IMG/VR virus record: IMGVR_UViG_3300029286_001711
Origin: a virus
Taxonomy: Duplodnaviria > Caudoviricetes
DNA: 64,000 nucleotides
Reading direction: 5' to 3' (one strand)
The notes under the pieces are model-generated. The model worked only from the letters and a program-made list of their open reading frames with translations, had not been told where the DNA came from and made no database searches. The translations under genes and the position numbers were made by a program. Of this stretch, positions 59,942 through 64,000 are shown piece by piece (within the stretch, counting starts at the first letter, position 1; every line of letters starts with the position of its first letter).

Positions 59942-60277
59942 ATGATAAAAAAATCAATTAAAAGTTTTAACTTTGTTGTAAAGAATGATGAAACAATATT
60001 GTTAGGATCATTGAATACAATACCTGATGATAATATTGTGGGCCATCTTTTACAAACTAATGTAGACGGAGTTACTGGTTGGGTAAATACAGTACCTAAC
60101 GATTTTACGGTTAGGTTAGATATACCGAACCATCCAGATCCACAGTTTGTATTACACGCCGATGGTGATGCTATATTTACTGGACGTGTACACTCTTTAG
60201 GTTCTGTAATGTGGAATCAAGTATTAAATAGGTTAGAATTTTGGGACGGAACAAATTGGATACCAATAAACACATAA
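59942..60277 (+). CDS. Hypothetical protein
   Basis: 111 aa ending in WN...LEFWDGTNW. Confidence 0.65.
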   Translation: MIKKSIKSFNFVVKNDETILLGSLNTIPDDNIVGHLLQTNVDGVTGWVNTVPNDFTVRLDIPNHPDPQFVLHADGDAIFTGRVHSLGSVMWNQVLNRLEFWDGTNWIPINT

Positions 60278-60567
60278 TTAGATTTAACGACTTGGTGTTC
60301 AAAAAACACCCAAACGCATCAGCTATATTCACAAACCAAGCAATTGTCGTTCTACCAAACGGTCATAGAATTTCTGTTGTTGGCCCAAGAACAAGTTATC
60401 TTCTTTACGGCCTTGAAGGGGTCGGTACATATGAAATGTTAGGTACTGATTGGGAAGACCCAATTGCCTTTTTAACTGAAGACGAAGTTGACCTAATTTT
60501 GGTTAAATGCCAAAAAGGACCGTTAGATTTAATACCTGAAATAGAAAAACATAGGTTTATTAAATAA
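60277..60567 (+). CDS. Hypothetical protein, possible ATT start
   Basis: No in-frame ATG near the 5' end; ATT at 60277 overlaps the upstream TAA as ATG does in the TAATG junctions. Confidence 0.55.
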   Translation: MRFNDLVFKKHPNASAIFTNQAIVVLPNGHRISVVGPRTSYLLYGLEGVGTYEMLGTDWEDPIAFLTEDEVDLILVKCQKGPLDLIPEIEKHRFIK

Positions 60568-60586
60568 TTCTTCATATCTTTGTCTT

Positions 60587-60853
60587 ATGAAAGACATGAA
60601 ATTCAAAACCCTTAAAGAACAATACACTGAAATGATGGCTAATAAAATAGCTGTTAGTGTTGAGGACTTAACTGACAATGAAAGAAAACTCATTGAAGCT
60701 GGTTATGAGTCTTTTAAGGAAAAACTTGAGGATATTAAAATTATCGGTGATGATTTTAAAAGAGTTTCCGTTGAATTAGCTAACTTAAAATCTTACCAAG
60801 ACGACAGTAATCGTGATAGGTGGTATAAAGATGGTGATGACGATGATGATTAA
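60587..60853 (+). CDS. Hypothetical protein
   Basis: 88 aa; TATCTTTG (-7 element) at 60575-60582. Confidence 0.7.
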   Translation: MKDMKFKTLKEQYTEMMANKIAVSVEDLTDNERKLIEAGYESFKEKLEDIKIIGDDFKRVSVELANLKSYQDDSNRDRWYKDGDDDDD

Positions 60854-61287
60854 TCGTTTATATCGTTTAGATACTGTCTAATACTTCTTCTAAGTACTGG
60901 CGTATTAATTTCACTAAAAACAGTAACAAGTTCTTGGTATAACTTATTAACTAGGTATTTCTTATTTTCGTCAATAAAATAAGGTTTATCATCGACTACT
61001 ATGTAAACTTTATTATCATAGGCTTCAATCATATCGGTTTGCCACCTACCTATAACATAGTTATCTTCTAAATATTTTATCACATTATATTCAACCCCAA
61101 AAGGATCACCAATCCAATCGAAATCATTTTCTTCAGATTCTTTTAAGTATTTTTTGGTGTTATCCACCCCACATTTATGGCAAACATATGGATCATCACC
61201 ACCTTCAGATAATTTCCAAGACCACCCACATTCACAAGTAACTGATTTGACCTCTTCTTTTAATATTTTCTTAATTAAATCCCTCAT
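60850..61287 (-). CDS. Leader-bearing zinc-ribbon protein
   Basis: MRDLIKKILKE|EV, CECGWSW..DPYVCHKCG, second ESEENDFDW motif; late motif at 61294-61301. Confidence 0.8.
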   Translation of the reverse strand: MRDLIKKILKEEVKSVTCECGWSWKLSEGGDDPYVCHKCGVDNTKKYLKESEENDFDWIGDPFGVEYNVIKYLEDNYVIGRWQTDMIEAYDNKVYIVVDDKPYFIDENKKYLVNKLYQELVTVFSEINTPVLRRSIRQYLNDIND

Positions 61288-61308
61288 ACTTCATATAAAT
61301 ATCACGTA

Positions 61309-61336
61309 AAAAAAAAAGGGGGACTTAGTCCCCCTT
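61309..61336 (-). terminator. Terminator after major capsid gene
   Basis: Minus strand AAGGGGGAC-TAA-GTCCCCC followed by a long T run. Confidence 0.9.
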
Positions 61337-61357
61337 AGTTTTTATCTTAAATTAAGA

Positions 61358-63094
61358 TTATCTTAACTCTCTGATATCAAAAGTACGTAAACCGTCAACT
61401 CTGATGTGTCCGTAGAAACGGTTATTAACCATTTTCTTAGCGTAACGAGTCATGATACCTTTAACAGGTACGAAGTTAAACGGATTGTACATTGTAGGCG
61501 TAAGCTGCATCGGCACGTATGGTGCGTAGATGTAACCAGTGTCTAACAATGACTTACCTTTGTGTCCAATCAATACTGAGTATGATGGAGAATATGGGTC
61601 ACGATATACACTGTAACGTCCAGAAAGTGAACCGATTCTCTCGATACCCATGTTATACTGATCTTGCTCAGGAGCTGCGTTTGATACGTGGAAGTACTCT
61701 AAGTCATCCATTACCGCTGATACTTCAGACGATACAACAACGAAGTTAGCACCACCTCTTAAAGTAGCTTTGTGAATTTGAGCTGAGATTTGATTGATAG
61801 CTGTAATCAATGTCTGGTTCCAATCTTTTTGAGTGTAACCATTGTTGTTTGGTAAACGCTTCCAACCGTTGTAATCCCAACGTAATTGCCATGCCGCACC
61901 TTTACGTAAATCCATTAAGATTTCACGGTCAATTTCAGCTGCAACTTGCTCTGATAATAAAGCTGTTAATTCAGCTTCTGCATCAATGTTGTGGAATGCA
62001 CTAACGTCTTGAGCTAATTCAGGAGTCCAAGTAGCTCTTAACTTTCTTTCAGTAACGGAAACTGTTACAGATTCAAGTTCGAACGATACTTCACCCATTT
62101 CTGAAGTCATTTCAAGATCTTCGTACTGTCTCCAAGTAATCGCTACTGAAGCGTTAGTGATTGTAGTTGCTGTGTAGTTAGCTCCGATGTAACCATCAAA
62201 ACTACTTCTTTGACAACTAACACAAGTTGGATGAGTTAAATCTAGGTCGATATTAAGTTTTCCGTCTGGAGTACAAATATCACCATAGTCAACAATACCT
62301 CTACCGTATTTTTGAGTTAACAAACGGAAAGGAACAGTATTACCAACATTAAAAATTACTTGACCATCGATGTCAGTAATTGTTGTGTTTGCGATAACAG
62401 TTAATGAAGCTAAGAAAGATTCAGTATCCATCTCATTTCCATCAGGACCGATTAAACGACCAGGAGCTGAGTTGTTGAAACCAGTTACCTGAACGATTTG
62501 GTTACGTAATGAACCATCTGATGCTGCTGGAGTTTTACCTGCTGTAAGATTGAAACCACCAGTACAAGCTGTCCAAGTTACCGAAGTACCTGAAGCGATT
62601 TTTACTGTGATATTACCTTTTGACTGGTCAAACATACCATCATTATAGAATCTATCGTAAAGATTCTTTGCACAATTACCGAATACTGCTTCTGGACAGT
62701 TAACACATTCTGCTACATACATTGAATTGTGTGTACCATCTGAGTTTCTATCAGAAGTCTTAGGTACGAAGTAGAACAATTTACCGATAGGTAAGTTCAA
62801 AGCTTGTACTGATACGATGTCGTTCGCTAATAATTTAGAGAATACACGTCTAACGATAGGGAAAACTACAGTCTCGAAAGAACCAGTAGATTGACCACCA
62901 GCTGCTTGAGTTGACTCGTTAATAAGAACTGATGCTTGGTTTTCATATAACAAAGCGATGTTCTCTCTAATGTGGCCTTCTAAGCCCTCAAGGAATCCTA
63001 ATGAATCCCATTTGTTTACAGTTGCCTCACGGATAGCCTTTTGGTGCTTTAATCCGATATTACCAACTTCACCTGATTTTAATAAATATCCCAT
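61358..63094 (-). CDS. gp23: Major capsid protein (T4 gp23-like)
   Basis: KWDSLGFLEG, ALLYENQ, VRRVF..LLANDIVSVQ, RKLRATWTPELAQD, EQVAAEIDREI, YAPYVPMQ, TRYAK. Confidence 0.97.
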   Translation of the reverse strand: MGYLLKSGEVGNIGLKHQKAIREATVNKWDSLGFLEGLEGHIRENIALLYENQASVLINESTQAAGGQSTGSFETVVFPIVRRVFSKLLANDIVSVQALNLPIGKLFYFVPKTSDRNSDGTHNSMYVAECVNCPEAVFGNCAKNLYDRFYNDGMFDQSKGNITVKIASGTSVTWTACTGGFNLTAGKTPAASDGSLRNQIVQVTGFNNSAPGRLIGPDGNEMDTESFLASLTVIANTTITDIDGQVIFNVGNTVPFRLLTQKYGRGIVDYGDICTPDGKLNIDLDLTHPTCVSCQRSSFDGYIGANYTATTITNASVAITWRQYEDLEMTSEMGEVSFELESVTVSVTERKLRATWTPELAQDVSAFHNIDAEAELTALLSEQVAAEIDREILMDLRKGAAWQLRWDYNGWKRLPNNNGYTQKDWNQTLITAINQISAQIHKATLRGGANFVVVSSEVSAVMDDLEYFHVSNAAPEQDQYNMGIERIGSLSGRYSVYRDPYSPSYSVLIGHKGKSLLDTGYIYAPYVPMQLTPTMYNPFNFVPVKGIMTRYAKKMVNNRFYGHIRVDGLRTFDIRELR

Positions 63095-63123
63095 TTTTGT
63101 AGGTTTTTTTGTTTTTATTGTTA

Positions 63124-64000
63124 TTATTTTTTATAATTGTATTCCCAAAGTTTCTTCATTTCTTTTAACTCTGGATGTACAAAGACGCTTTGTTCACTAA
63201 TTTGTGATGCCCCACTTGAAGCCGTTTTGTTAATCTTCTCGTCGATTGACTCCTTAATTGGAGCTTTACCACTTGAATATTCCTTCATCAGTTGCTTATA
63301 AATAGACTGTGATTCTTTAATGCTCTTAGCACCATCAAGTCTTTTTAAAATTTCTTGTTTTTCGTCTTTTGTAGTGGAATTCTCAGTAAATAGTCTTACA
63401 GCGTAAGTAAGATTACTATTAAAAACTGCTACTTCTTGAAGTTTAGTTCTGAACTGTTTAAGAGCGTCAACCATTTTATCGTGATTCCCTTTAAGTTCTT
63501 TGTTCTCATTTTCAAGAGTTAGGTTTTTTGTATTTAAACTTGTATTTTCTTTTCTAAGTTTTATAACTTTAGATTCAGTCACACTCTCATGTGTAATACC
63601 CGCTCTAGAACCTTGTCCTTGTTTAATACGCTTGTATTTTAAATTATGAGACATGTAATCAGTATCTTTTGGCCCACTCATGTATGACATATTATCTTCA
63701 TTTTCTTCTTCTTCTTCACCAGCTTCGAATTCCATAGATTCGGTAGATTCGTGTCCATAAGACTCACCATCTTCATCATCATCTACTACAATTTCGTAGA
63801 TGATTCCCTCTTCTAAAGTATCGTTGTCAGTGCCTTCACCTAATTCAAGTTCTGGTTCCATTTCGATTTCAGAAGTTTCAACACTTCCAATTCCTTGACC
63901 ACCACCTGCGTTAAGTTCGATACGATATTCTGAACCAGATTTATTATCTTTTAAGGTTACCATTCCGTTGTCATTTACAACTTCGATTTCATCTTCTGGG
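63124..64000 (-). CDS. Prohead core scaffolding protein (gp22-like), 5' part outside window
   Basis: Frame stays open to 64000; very acidic; coiled coil; VFNSNLTYAVRLF..TTKDEKQEIL; directly upstream of MCP. Confidence 0.8.
   Translation of the reverse strand, partial: PEDEIEVVNDNGMVTLKDNKSGSEYRIELNAGGGQGIGSVETSEIEMEPELELGEGTDNDTLEEGIIYEIVVDDDEDGESYGHESTESMEFEAGEEEEENEDNMSYMSGPKDTDYMSHNLKYKRIKQGQGSRAGITHESVTESKVIKLRKENTSLNTKNLTLENENKELKGNHDKMVDALKQFRTKLQEVAVFNSNLTYAVRLFTENSTTKDEKQEILKRLDGAKSIKESQSIYKQLMKEYSSGKAPIKESIDEKINKTASSGASQISEQSVFVHPELKEMKKLWEYNYKK

Larger units (their letters stand above)
3385..61301. promoter_or_regulatory. Dispersed late-promoter-like motif (G/A/C)ATATTTAT on the sense strand
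   Basis: Core TATTTAT(A/T/G). Minus-strand copies at 3385, 4452, 6249, 8573, 9171, 9219, 11335, 14203, 16224, 58770, 61294; plus-strand copies at 14297, 16276, 18162, 24824, 28247, 53080, 56670. Most lie 5-70 nt before a start codon. Confidence 0.75.

Noticed and set aside
3385-61301. Reading the late motif as a canonical T4 TATAAATA promoter
   Set aside because: In that orientation it would point away from the adjacent structural gene in nearly every case.
463-63200. Many short ORF-track entries antisense to or nested in long genes (e.g. 463..765, 1102..1413, 2085..2273, 5300..5650, 9374..9799, 21088..21354, 27840..28220, 36171..36455, 54348..54602, 61519..61749)
   Set aside because: Shadow frames of well-supported genes, with no recognisable motifs or expression signals.
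1-64000. CRISPR array, tRNA, rRNA, DGR, transposase/integrase
   Set aside because: Intergenic gaps are under ~170 nt with no regularly spaced repeats or cloverleaf, and no reverse transcriptase or recombinase ORF was recognised. Not verified with tRNAscan or Infernal.

Overview
A 64-kb, very AT-rich, densely coding segment of a large contractile-tailed dsDNA phage (T4-superfamily-like virion module), standard genetic code. The host is probably a Bacteroidota bacterium: host-type TTTG-N19/20-TAnnTTTG promoters occur and there are no Shine-Dalgarno motifs. From left to right: the partial tape measure gene, a gp26/gp51-like tail-assembly chaperone with a slippery-site overlap, probable internal-head proteins sharing an N-terminal leader, tail tube, clpP, tail sheath, neck/tail-completion genes, an SNF2 helicase, tail-fibre-like proteins, family B DNA polymerase, a late operon with a solo WYL protein, a ~21-kb glycan biosynthesis island (with dUTPase, SET, Ntn-hydrolase and PhoH genes embedded), a gp55-like sigma factor, baseplate-spike genes, major capsid protein and the partial prohead scaffold. 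The most interesting signals are: (1) a shuffled capsid-targeting-like leader (xxLIKKILKE|) fused to diverse cargo, including a C39 peptidase-GNAT fusion and a WYL domain; (2) a late-promoter motif ATATTTAT on the sense strand, the reverse complement of the T4 late promoter, together with a candidate cognate sigma factor; (3) a glycosylation island with a ColD-type (His-for-Lys) dehydratase suggesting colitose synthesis, plus Ser/Thr/Gly-rich virion proteins as possible acceptors; (4) one likely programmed +1/-2 frameshift and three single-base frame breaks that may be sequencing errors. No tRNA, rRNA, CRISPR array, intron or intein was recognised. All family assignments are by motif recognition, without database searches.
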